The notes under the pieces were generated by a model. The model had not been told where the DNA came from. It worked only from the letters and a program-made list of their open reading frames with translations, and ran no database searches. Positions 51,329 through 62,311 of a stretch of DNA of 64,000 nucleotides are shown here, one piece after another. This DNA is from Mobula hypostoma (lineage: Eukaryota): positions 190,898,001-190,962,000 of the forward strand of contig NC_086101.1 of the NCBI RefSeq assembly GCF_963921235.1, in the 5' to 3' direction. Position 1 is the stretch's first letter. The number at the start of each line of letters is the position of its first letter. The translations under genes were made by a program, and so were the position numbers.

Positions 51329-53507
51329 TGAAGGAAGAGTGAGTAAGGGATTTGAAAGTTGGAGGGGGAGGGAAAGATCCAAAATGATAGGAGAAGATAG
51401 GAGGGGGAGGGATAGAGCCGAGAGCTGGACAGGTGATAGGCAAAAGGATATACGAGAGGATCATGGGACAGGAGGTCCGGGAAGAAAGACAAGGGGGGAG
51501 GGGTGACCCAGAGGATGGGCAAGAGGCATATTCAGAGGGACAGAGGGAGAAAAAGGAGAGTGAGAGAAAGAATGCGTGCATAAAAATGAGTAACAGATGG
51601 GGTACGAGGGGGAGGTAGGACCTTAGCGGAAGTTAGAGAAGTCGATGTTCATGCCATCAGGTTGAAGGCTACCCAGATGGAATATAAGGTGTTGTTCCTC
51701 CAACCTGAGTGTGGCTTCATCTTTACAGTAGAGGAGGCCGTGGATAGACATGGCAGAATGGGAATGGGATGTGGAATTAAAATGTGTGGCCACTGGGAGA
51801 TCCTGCTTTCTCTGGCGGACAGAGCGTAGATGTTCAGCAAAGCGGTTTCCCAGTCTGCGTCGGGTCTCGCCAATATATAATAGGCCAGATCGGGAGCACC
51901 GGACGCAGTATATCACCCCAGTCGATTCACAGGTGAAGTGATGCCTCACCTGGAAGGACTGTTTGGGGCCCTGAATGGTGGTAAGGGAGGAAGTGTAAGG
52001 GCATGTGTATCACTTGTTCCGCTTACACGGATAAGTGCCAGGAGGGAGATCAGTGGGGAGGGATGGGGGGGGGGGGGACGAATGGACAAGGGAGTTGTGT
52101 AGGGAGCGATCCCTGCGGAATGCAGAGAGAGGGGGGGGGAGGGAAAGATGTGCTTAGTGGTGGGATCCCGTTGGAGGTGGCGGAAGTTACGGAGAATAAT
52201 ATGTTGGACCCGGAGGCTGGTGGGATGGTAGGTGAGGACCAGGAGAACCCTATTCCTAGTCGGGTGGTGGGAGGATGGAGTGAGAGCAGATGTACGTGAA
52301 ATGGGGGAGATGCGTTTAAGAGCAGAGTTGATAGTGGAGGAAGGGAAGCCCCTTTCTTTAAAAAAGGAAGACATCTCGATAGTGGAGGAAGGGAAGCCCC
52401 TTTCTTTAAAAAAGGAAGACATCTCGATAATGGAGGAAGGGAAGCCCCGTTCTTTAAAAAAGGAAGACATCTCAATCCTTTTTTAAAGTAAGGGGCTTCC
52501 CTTCCTCCACTATCAACTCTGCTCTTAAACACATCTCCCCCATTTCACGTACATCTGCTCTCACTCCATCCTCCCACCACCCCACTAGGAATAGGGTTCC
52601 CCTGGTCCTCACCTACCACTCCACCAGCCTCCGGGTACAACATATTATTCTCCGTAACTTCCGCCACCTCCAACGGGATCCCACCACTAAGCACATCTTT
52701 CCCTCCCCCCACCCCTGCATTCCGCAGAGATCGCTCCCTACACTTCTCCCTTGTCCATTCGTCGCCCCCATCCCTCCCCACTGATCTCCCTCCTAGCACT
52801 TATCCGTGTAAGCGGAACAAGTGCTACACATGCCCTTACACTTCCTCCCTTAACACCATTCAGGGCCCCAAACAGTCCTTCCAGGTGAGGCAACACTTCA
52901 CTTGTGAGTCGGCTGGGGTGATATACTGCGTCCGGTGCTCCCGATGTGGCCTTTTATATATTGGCGAGACCCGACGCAGACTGGGAGACCGCTTTGCTGA
53001 ACATCTACGCTCTGTCCGCCAGAGAAAGCAGGATCTCCCAGTGGCCACACATTTTAATTCCACATCCCATTCCCATTCTGCCATGTCTATCCACGGCCTC
53101 CTCTATTGTAAAGATGAAGCCACACTCAGGTTGGAGGAACAACACCTTATATTCCGTCTGGGTAGCCTCCAACCTGATGGCATGAACATCGACTTCTCTA
53201 ACTTCCGCTAAGGTCCCACCTCCCCCTCGTACCCCATCTGTTACTCATTTTTATGCACACATTCTTTCTCTCACTCTCCTTTTTCTCCTTCTGTCCCTCT
53301 GAATATACCTCTTGCCCATCCTCTGGGTCACTCCCTCCCTCCTTGTCTTTCTTCCCGGACCTCCTGTCCCATGATCCTCTCGTATCCCCTTTTGCCTATC
53401 AGCTGTCCAGCTCTCGGCTCTATCCTTCCCACTCCTGTCTTCTCCTATCATTTTGGATCTCCCCCTCCCCCTCCAGCTTTCAAATCCCTTACTCACTCTT
53501 CCTTCAG

Positions 53508-53547
53508 TTAGTCCTGACGAAGGGTCTCGGCCTGAAACGTCAACTGC
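53508..53547 (+). ncRNA. Minimal type I hammerhead ribozyme motif in the Penelope pLTR
   Basis: GTC-CTGACGA-AGG(GTCTCGG)CCT-GAAA-CGTC|AACTG: catalytic boxes, 3-bp stem II, palindromic ACGT stem III; one mismatch in stem I. Confidence 0.7.
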
Positions 53548-54874
53548 ACCTCTTCCTGCAGATGCTGCTTGGCCTGCTGCGTTCACCAGCAACTCTGATG
53601 TCTGTTGCTTGAATTTCCAGCATCTGCAGAATTCCTGTTGTTTTTGTTACCATTCAGATAATAATCTGTTTTCCTGTTTTTGCCACCAAAGTGGATAACC
53701 TCACATTTATCCACATTAAATTGCATCTGCCATGAATTTGCCCACTCACCCAACCTATCCAAGTCACTTTGCCTCCTCTTAGCATCCTCCTCACAGCTAA
53801 CACTGCCGTCCAGCTTCGTGTCATCCGCAAACTTGGAGATGCTGCATTTAATTCCCTCGTCTAAGTCATTAATATATATTGTAAACAACTGGGGTCCCAG
53901 CACTGAGCCTTGCGGTACCCCACTAGTCTCTGCCTGCCATTCTGAAAAGGTCCCGTCTATTCCCACTCTTTGCTTCCTGTCTGCCAACCAATTCGCTATC
54001 CACATCAATACCTTACCCCCAATACCGTGTGCTTTAAGTTTGCACACTAATCTCCTGTGTGGGATCTTGTCAAAAGCCTTTTGAAAATCCAAATATACCA
54101 CATCCACTGGTTCTCCCCTATCCACTCTACTAGTTACATCCTCAAAAAATTCTAAGAGATTCGTCAGACATGATTTTCCTTTCACAAATCCATGCTGACT
54201 TTCTCGGATGATTTCACCACTTTCCAAATGTGCTGTTATCACATCTTTGATAACTGACTCTGGCATTTTTCCCACCACCGACGTTAGGCTAACCGGTCTA
54301 TAATTCGCTGGTTTCTCTTTCCCTCCTTTTTTAAAAAGTGGGGTTACGTTAGCCACCCTCCAATCCTCAGGAACTAGTCCAACATCTTGGGCTTCTTCCT
54401 TAAGCACTCTGGGATGCAGACCATCTGGCCTTTGGGGATTTATCTGCCTTTAATCCCTTCAATTTACCTAGCACCACTTCCCTACTAACATGTATTTCCC
54501 TCAGTTCCTCTATCTCACTAGACCCTCTGTCCCCTACTATTTCCGGTAGATTATTTATGTCCTCCTTAGTGAAGACAGAACCAAAGTCGTTATGCAATTG
54601 GTCTGCCATGTCCTTGTTCCCCATAATCAATTCACCTGTTTCTGTCTGTAAGGGACCTACATTTGTCTTAACCAATCTTTTTCTTTTCACATATCTATAA
54701 AAGCTTTTACAGTCAGTTTTTATGTTCCCTGCCAGTTTTCTCTCAATCTTTTTTCCCCTTTCTAATTAAGCCCTTTGCCCTCCACTGCTGGACTCTGAAT
54801 TTCTCCCAGTCCTCAGGTGAGCCACTTGTTCTGGCTAATTTGTATGTTTCTTCTTTGGAATTGATACTATCCCT

Positions 54875-56430
54875 GATGAGAGACTGCAACATTGTCACCA
54901 TATATAAGAACAAAGGGGACAGAAGCGACTGTAACAACTACAGAAGAATATCCTTGCTGAGTATCAGTGGGAAGGTCTTCACCCGCGTGGTCCTGAATAG
55001 ACTGCAGAAAATAGCCGAAGTGTATATCCCGAGTCCCAGTGAGGTTTCAGGTCAGAATGCTCCACAGTCGTCATGATCTTCTCCCTTCGACAGCTGCAAG
55101 AGAAATGCAGAGAGCAAAGACAACCACTCTATGTCGCTTTCATTGACCTTACGAAGGCCTTCGACCTTGTGAGCAGAGACGCCCTGTTCAAAATCCTCTC
55201 CAGGATTGGTTGTCCCCCGAGGCTCCTCAGGATAGTTCAGTCATTCCACACAGACATGAAGGGCGTCGTTCAGTTCGACGGCTCTTCTTTGGAGGCCTTC
55301 AACATCCGCAGCGGTGCGAGGCAGGGCCGCGTGCTTGCTCCCACCCTGTTTGGCATCTTCTTCACAGTCATGCTGAAGCACGCCTTTGGAACATCAACTG
55401 ATGGTGTCTACCTCCACACCAGATCGGACGGGAGGCTGTTCAGTCTGTCCCGGCTGAGGGCAAAAACCAAAGTTCGTGAAGTCCTCATCAGGGACATGTC
55501 GTTTGCAGACAATGCGGCACTGGGAACACACTCTGAACAGCAACTGCAACGCCTCATGGACAGCTTCTCAAGAGCCTGCCAGGACTTCAGCTTGACCATC
55601 AACCTGAAGAAAACCAACGTGTTGGGCCAAGGTGTTCAGCACCCCCCTGCCATTACCATCAACAACTACGAGTTAGAGGTAGTTCACGAGTTTACCTACC
55701 TTGGCTCCACCTTCACGGAGAGCCTCTCCCTGGACCCCGAGATTAACAGATTGATCGGACGAGCAGCCTCAACATTCGCCAGGTTGACTAAGAGAGCCTG
55801 GGAGAAGAGAAAGCTGACGACGCACACCAAAGTTGCTGTCTACAGGGCCTGCGTCCTCAGCACACTGCTTTACCTGGAGCCTTTACTACAGACAAGAGCG
55901 GCGTCTCAACGCCCACCTTCGCAGGCTGAGACGCATCCTGGACATCACGTGGACTGACCGAGTCACCAACAATGAGGTCCTGGCCCGCGCCCAGATACCC
56001 AGCCTCTTCACCCTGCTCCAACAACGCCACCTCCGCTGGCTGGGTCACGTACACCGCATGTCAGACGGGAGCATCCCGAAAGACCTGCTGTATGGGGAAC
56101 TGGCTTCCGAGAAGAGAGCACAAGGGCGGCCCCATCTTCGTTTCAAAGACGTTTGCAAGAGAGACAGGAAGTCACTGAAAATGAACGTCGAGAGTCGGGA
56201 GGACATCGCAAGCGATCACTCTCACTGGAGGCTGGAGCTTCGCAGAGGTCGGAAAAACAGCACCAAGACAACACTGGAGGACAGCGCCTTCAAGTGCAGT
56301 CGCTGCAGCCGAGACTGTCACTCCCGTGTGGACCTCTACAGCCACAACAGACGCTGCTCTAACACAGACTGAACCAAGACTTTCCAGGCGTAGATCCATG
56401 GTCTCGCGAGACTAACGGATTCCACCACCG
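54875..56430 (+). mobile_element. RTE-clade (BovB/RTE-1-like) LINE, 5'-truncated, RT and C-terminus
   Basis: MRDCNIVTIYKNKGDRSDCNNYR; IFSLRQLQEKCREQ..LYVAFIDLTKAFD; GARQG..LAPTLF; FADN; C-terminal CSRCSRDCHSRVDLYSH. Confidence 0.9.
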
Positions 56431-56449
56431 TATATATAGAGAGAGAGAG

Positions 56450-57350
56450 TCATTGTTTTGAGTCTAAAAAGTCTTGCGCCTGCCCCTTCGTACAAAACCA
56501 TTTAAATGATCCATCTTCCATTGCGATTCTCAGACGAGCCGGAAAACGACGAGAAGGCTTAAAATTTTGGCTGTGCAGCTCCGCCATAACTTTTTTAAAC
56601 TTAACACGTTCTGCCGTAACTTCTGATGAAAAAATCTTCAACAATACAAATCTTCTGACCTTGGTAGTGAACCACAGCTTTTCCACGGGCATCACGAATC
56701 AGACGATCCTTTATTTGAAATTCATGGAAACATATAATGACTGATCTTGGTTTTGATTTTGAAGTCGATCAGTAGATAAGTGATCTGTGAGCACGATCAA
56801 AGGCAGGATCTTTATAATATCAGGGAGTAATTCAATCAAAAGGTTTGCAAAGAATTCTTTAGGATTATCTCATTCCGTTTGCCCTTTAAGTCCAAAGAAT
56901 CGTAAGTTGTTTCTCTCCTGCTCCTGTTTTCCAAATCAACAATCTTCTGTCTCAGTATTTCGTTGGACGTGGATTGTTTTTCATACAACTTTTGCAAATC
57001 ATCCATTCTCTCGTCCAGTATAGTAATAACATCTTCATGTTCCTTGATCTTCTTACTATGCTCGGTTAGAATTGCTTGAAAATCGTCTAATTTCTTACAT
57101 ATTTGTTTAATTTCCGCTCTGATTTATTGCGAATCAGCCGACGCTTCTTTCCTGAACTGTTGAAACTCCTCAGTAAGCTTTTGAATAGCTTCCAAAGCTG
57201 CTTTGGTAGCCATAGTAATATAATAACCCGTCTAACAGTAGTACTTCAAAAAGTTGGAGTCAAAAGTAAGCAAGTTAGGAACACCAGCAGAGAGCTGTTA
57301 CTCCATCAGCGGCCACCAGGCAAATCCTGGTGTACATCAGTCGCAGAGAA
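56450..57350 (-). mobile_element. L1/Tx1-type LINE ORF1 remnant
   Basis: Minus-strand RNNLRFFGL..FFANLLIELL..FDRAHRSL..PRSVIICFH..KDRLIR and FSSEVTAER..F..V..EL..PARLRI. Confidence 0.75.
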
Positions 57351-57429
57351 GTGATTACAGACTTTGAATTCATTTTCTAGAAGAAGGTCATTAACCCCTT
57401 AACGTTCGTCACAGTATCTTACTATTTTT

Positions 57430-58257
57430 CTTCCACACATGGTGAGTAAAAATCTTTACATTACGTCTCAATCTAAATGTGCAACGTGCAATCAGAGTAA
57501 TTTATGATAATATATAATAAATAGAACAGTCAATGTAATATAGAGTACATTCAAATCAGCGTGAGTTCATCAGTTTGATGGCCTGGTGGAAAAAGCTGTC
57601 CCGGAGCCTATTGATCCTGGCTTTTATGCTGCGATACCGTTTCCCGGATGATGGCAGCTGGGATAGATTGTCGTTGGGGTGACCCGGGTCCCCAATGGTC
57701 CTTCGGGCCCTGTTTACACACCTGTCCTTGCAATAGCCCTGAATCATGGGAAGTTCATAACTACAGATGCGCTGGCTGTCCGCACCACTCTCTGCAGAGT
57801 CCTGCGATTAAGGGAGTGTCACAATGCCTGCGTTGATGGCAGACCCAAATGCAAGACACAGACACTGAAGTACTAAGAACAGGACAAGGATGCAAGACCT
57901 GGGCTAGGACATGGTCAAGAAACAGGGAAACCGGAAAAGGAACTATGACGGGTCTCGGCCTGAAACGTCGACTGCACCTCTTCCTAGAGATGCTGCCTGG
58001 CCTGCTGCGTTCACCAGCAACTTTTAGGTGTGTCTCCTCTACAGACTTTGGTTTCAGTAAAGAACCAGCATAATCAAACAGCCCACACACCCCGGAGATT
58101 CTCTCTTCTCTCTCTCCCATGAGGCAGAAGTCACAAAAGCCCGAAAGCCCGTATCACCAGCCTCAAAGACAAATAGGACAAATTCTATCAAACTGCTCTC
58201 AGACTCTTCAGCGGACCCATTGTAAAACGTGGTGGTGGTGGTGGTGGTGGTGGTGGT

Positions 58258-58296
<39 letters not shown>

Positions 58297-58680
58297 TGAA
58301 TTGAATTCATTATTTACATCCTTCATATACACGAGGAGTAAAAATCTTTATGTTACGTCTCCCTTTAAAATATGCAATGTGCAATTTATAGCAATTTATA
58401 ATAAATAGTATGTATAACACAACAGTCAATATAACATAGAAATACAATTGTATTAGCGTGAGTTAAGCAGTCTGAAAGCCTGGTGGACGAAGCTGTCCCG
58501 GAGCCTTTTGGTCCTGGCTTTTATGCTTCAGTACCGTTTCCCGGATGGTAGCAGCTGGAACAGTTTGTGGTTGGGGTGACTTGGGTCCCCAATGATCCTT
58601 TACGACCTTCTTACATACCTGTCTTTGTAAATGTCCTGAATAGTGGGAAGCTCGCATTTACAGATGCGCTGGAGACCAAA
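57430..58680 (-). mobile_element. Two Rex1/Babar 3' fragments (~57430-57826, ~58300-58680) with LTR and Penelope scraps and (GGT)n(GT)n between
   Basis: SGKRYRSIKARINRLRDSFFHQAIKLMNS motif; 57827-57945 matches the 42169 LTR. Confidence 0.7.
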
Positions 58681-58695
58681 CATTTTTGGGTAGGG

Positions 58696-59301
58696 TGTGA
58701 TGAGAACGGATTCCAGTTGCGAAAGGTGGTTACTGACCGTTCGGGACGGGTCGCTGGCGGAGTGAGTGTGTATACTCGTTCAGAGCGTTAGTGCAGTATG
58801 ATACTTAATTGATAATGTGCTTGTGTGTTGGTAAGAATGAGTTTAATTTTTTGAGGCAACAAACTTTCCTATGAAAGGGCATCGTGGGTTCAGCGGCATC
58901 GAGTGCAATATTACAGAGTGCATGCACTGTTGCGTTAACTATGTTGTTCCATGTTACCGCTGCTTTGATTAAACGTTAGCGTCATTTACGTGCGTGGGGG
59001 ATGACGTCATATAACAAACGGGGGAAGGGTTCTTCGACTCAAATCGGGAGTTTTCTGGAAATTTCAGTAGTTACGCCAGCGGGACAGTGAGCTGGATGGA
59101 GTTAGTAAAGAGTCCACTACAGCATTAGGCGATCCCAATATTTCTCCATGTCCGGAGGATTATCAAAATTAACGGCACACAGAGCATATTGGATACCTGA
59201 CTGTCACTTTGTATGATCCACACATGGATTTCTGAGTGTATCTACGACGAACACTTTTTGTTAATCCAAGAATGGATTCGGGTGTGTAACGTGGCGACCA
59301 C
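58696..59301 (+). mobile_element. Possible LTR followed by a primer-binding-site-like TGGCGACCAC
   Basis: TGTGATG start, ...TGTAAC end at ~59290, TGG-initiated PBS-like sequence at 59292; no recognisable gag ORF follows. Confidence 0.4.
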
Positions 59302-60451
59302 TCGTGTTAGAGAATATTCCGTGACTGTCACCTTGGGATATCCTCACGTGGAGTTTGGAACTTAGACTTTGTTACTCCCGCATGGTCTCCAGTTTTAAAG
59401 TGCCGTCTACTCGATGTCTGGAACCTTCTGTGACTGTTGCCTTGTTTTCCCTGTGTAGTCCCAGTATGAACGCGACGATCACTTGTCCCCTGGAATTGCC
59501 CCGCGATCGACCTCTTTGTCAACTTAAGGTGGATTTTAGAACCCTTCTTTACAGACACCTGTACCTGCTCCTGTAGTTTTGGGAACCTTCTGGGTTGCCA
59601 TCCTAAGACGTGGGAAGAACTGTTTCTAAACATCCACAATTTGTGCGCTAAGAGGTAGTAAACTCTGTTTAGGGAAGTAATCTGTTTAAATCTGTTCAAA
59701 TGTCTATATTTTTGGGGTGGTATTGAAAATACATTCGTTTAATATTAAAAGATGAGTCTGTGGTCTATTGCTGCTGGTTCGTAATAACATACTGTTCACT
59801 TTTTACCCATCCTTTATATTTTGCTCAATATGGGAATTCATTTGGAGATATTTGAGGCGACAATAGGTTGGGATGACAGCCATTGATATCACACAACGGT
59901 AAATCGACCACCGTGACTGCTTCAGCCACTGATTACCTCCATCCATAAACCCTTCAAACCCGGGGAGAAACAGAACATTTTCTCAGAGCTGCCCTCACTT
60001 AAAGTGGCTCGTGGGAATTCAGAATTTTTGAGCAAGGGTTTGAATAAATAATTGGAATTCACCCCGGGCATCCCAAAGGTACACACGTTTTGGTTAAGGA
60101 GAGTAAATGAATTTTGAAATGCTTTAGGAACCTACTTAATCATGTCTGCTGTTGAAACTTTATTGCTACCCTTTGCCCTCTCAAGTTCAGTTTTGGGAAC
60201 GCATCCGAACTCTCCGCACTGCTCAGGGGCTTCTTCCGTTTTCAGATGGTCACGACTGAAAGCGCATGCGTGATGCCCACAAGGTTCTGCTCTCGCAACA
60301 TACCAACCCTGTTCAGTTAGAAATCAGTGATTTGTCGAATTATAACCCGTTTATAAGGGTGGTGGATCTTTGACGAAATGACCAATACTTGATACGACTT
60401 CTGCATTTCAGTTTTAGGATGCACAAAGGATATCAGACTAACGCGTTGGCG

Positions 60452-60512
60452 ATGCGTTCGCTCCGGGTTTGCCTCTGCACGATCCTGCTATCCATCTCAG
60501 TCCAGGGATACA
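60452..60512 (+). CDS. Signal-peptide (leader) exon of Siglec-15-like gene 3: MRSLRVCLCTILLSISVQGY
   Basis: ATG at 60452 in context GCGATGC, basic-hydrophobic-small residue pattern, consensus donor GTAAGT at 60513; phase 1 matches the V1 exon at 61928. Confidence 0.8.
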
Positions 60513-61369
60513 GTAAGTGTTTTTCATTATCCTTATTATCTCCTTGCCTCATCCGAATATTCGGGTTTCCGCTGTGGCAGCTCTACAGCTGTCTGGGACT
60601 TGGATTACACTCAGGGAGTGAGGGGATATTGGGAGACTTTCCAACCCCAAACGCTCCTGACTGATCCTCCTCCTTCGCACACTACACTCCCTCTGGTAGA
60701 GGTGATCTGGTGACCGAACAGCTGGAGGAACACACAACTGGATCCAAGGACTTTGTAACCCAGAGTGGAACCCTCGACACATGGGAGGGTGGATGGATTT
60801 AGGCGGTGGGGGAGGATCGGGAGTTGAGTTTAACGCAGTCATCTTCAATGGCGGTGAGATCTAGGGGTGCCGAGGCCTCCTGCTTCTAACCCACATACCC
60901 GATGGAGACCTGCTTTTGGGGGGACGGGGTTGGAGAGTTAAAATTATGAAGAGTGTGGACTGAGGGAGGCTGTTCCCATTGGTGGACGGGGAAAAAAATG
61001 TCCTTACAGAATGAAAGTGATTCGACGAAGAGCTGTAGAGTTGCCTGGCCACATTATTTCCACCCCAGTAGTGTTCGAAATGAAACGTGGGGCCAGGTAG
61101 GAAGGCGGCGTTGAAAAGGAGAGAGCTACAAGTGTCTGAAATGAATTCGCGGGGCGGTGGAGAGAGGATTGGCGAGTCGGACTGCGTGGGTTGTTCTTAC
61201 ACCGGGCCAGTATGAGTTAAATAGGTTGAATGTTATCGTACCCTGCTGTAACCTTTCTTTCACTCTGAGGTAATTCCAAGAACTCTCCTGTTTGCAACCA
61301 ATACCCAGAATCTCCAACTACTTTCACTCTGATGCAGGAGGATTGTAAAGCCAACAGATCCGGGGAACA

Positions 61370-61740
61370 GACAATGACAGAGCCCCGAAACCATGACTGG
61401 ATCCCAGCCTGTAACCGATTCCCTGATATCCGTTATCATACACACAACCCTCACCCCACACCTTTGCCACTTCGGAACCCCGCCGGTGACCCACTCCCGG
61501 GTATCCATTATACTACATAAGCCCTTCACCGCGGATCCCTCCCACGTCAGACCCTAGCCTGTAACCCGTATCTGTTATTACATATATAAACCCCATCCCA
61601 GACCCCAGAAGGGTGAGACCACAAGCTGTAACACCCACCCGGGTATCCATTATAGTACATGTACCCATTCCCCGGATCCACCGCACGTCAGTAACCCACT
61701 TGGCTGTGTCGATATAAAATCCAGGCTCGCCCATACGTTA
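61370..61740. repeat. Degenerate minisatellite in intron 1 of gene 3
   Basis: Recurring CCCGGGTATCCATTATA, GCCTGTAACCCG and ACCCCA motifs. Confidence 0.5.
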
Positions 61741-61840
61741 CCATATCCCGTGCCGCTACAGACCAGGATCCGGTTCAGTTTTTTTTCTGAAACTCTGTTC
61801 ACCAGCTGCTCCGCTGTTGATCTTTCCTTCTCCCTCCCCC

Positions 61841-61890
<50 letters not shown>

Positions 61891-61927
61891 TCACTCGATC
61901 TCTCCGCCGGTCTCTCTCTCTCAGCAG

Positions 61928-62311
61928 ACAATTCGATCCGTGGTTGGTCAATGTCCGGCGCTGATGTGGTCTCTGCGGTGGAAGGGGCCTCAGCTGTGTT
62001 TCCGTGGACTTTCACCCACCCACCCACTGACGTCGCCCTGTTCGGTTCCGTGATCTGGTACAGGGTGGAATCAGGTGCTAAAAAGCTGGTGCTTAATTGC
62101 ACATTTCCCAGTTCCGGCCGCTCCGCGTGCGAAATAGCGACACAGGAGACTGGAGGAGGGCGGTTCGGATTCGTGGGGAACTTCATTCAGAGGGACATTT
62201 CGATAATGGTGCAGCGTCTGAACCGGAGTGACGGTGGTCGGTATTGGTGCCAGGTGGAGCTCAATACTAATAAATTTCGAACAGTGGTTCTAACGGAGCT
62301 CTCTGTGAGAG
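61928..62311 (+). CDS. siglec15l: Exon: Siglec-15-like V1 domain, gene 3 (open; B-strand Cys->Trp, F-strand Arg->Gln)
   Basis: AG 61926-27, GTGAGG 62312, 384 nt, phase 1-1; GWSMSGADVV..AVFPWTF (TGG 62005-07)..LNC..AC..YWCQVE (CAG 62251-53). Confidence 0.82.

Larger units (their letters stand above)
51233..53648. mobile_element. Inverted (fold-back) Penelope-like element: minus arm ~51233-52476, plus arm ~52477-53648, 15-bp TSD
   Basis: GIY-YIG ORFs 51623-51949 (-) and 52885-53211 (+): VIYCVRCSRCGLLYIGETRRRLGDRFAEH; ACCATTCAGATAATA at 51218-51232 and 53649-53663. Confidence 0.92.
50471..54874 (-). mobile_element. CR1 LINE ORF2 (5'-truncated), split by the Penelope insertion at 51233-53648
   Basis: ORFs 54400-54690, 53583-54407 (complete RT motifs) and 50543-51232; (CATAGAAA)n tail at 50471. 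Confidence 0.95.

Noticed and set aside
50543-51382. 279-aa and 274-aa (53583-54407) ORFs as novel fusion proteins
   Set aside because: Chance in-frame joins between antisense Penelope pLTR and CR1 ORF2 at the insertion boundaries
58231-58292. Poly-Trp/Cys-Val or poly-Thr/His ORFs
   Set aside because: (GGT)n(GT)n microsatellite
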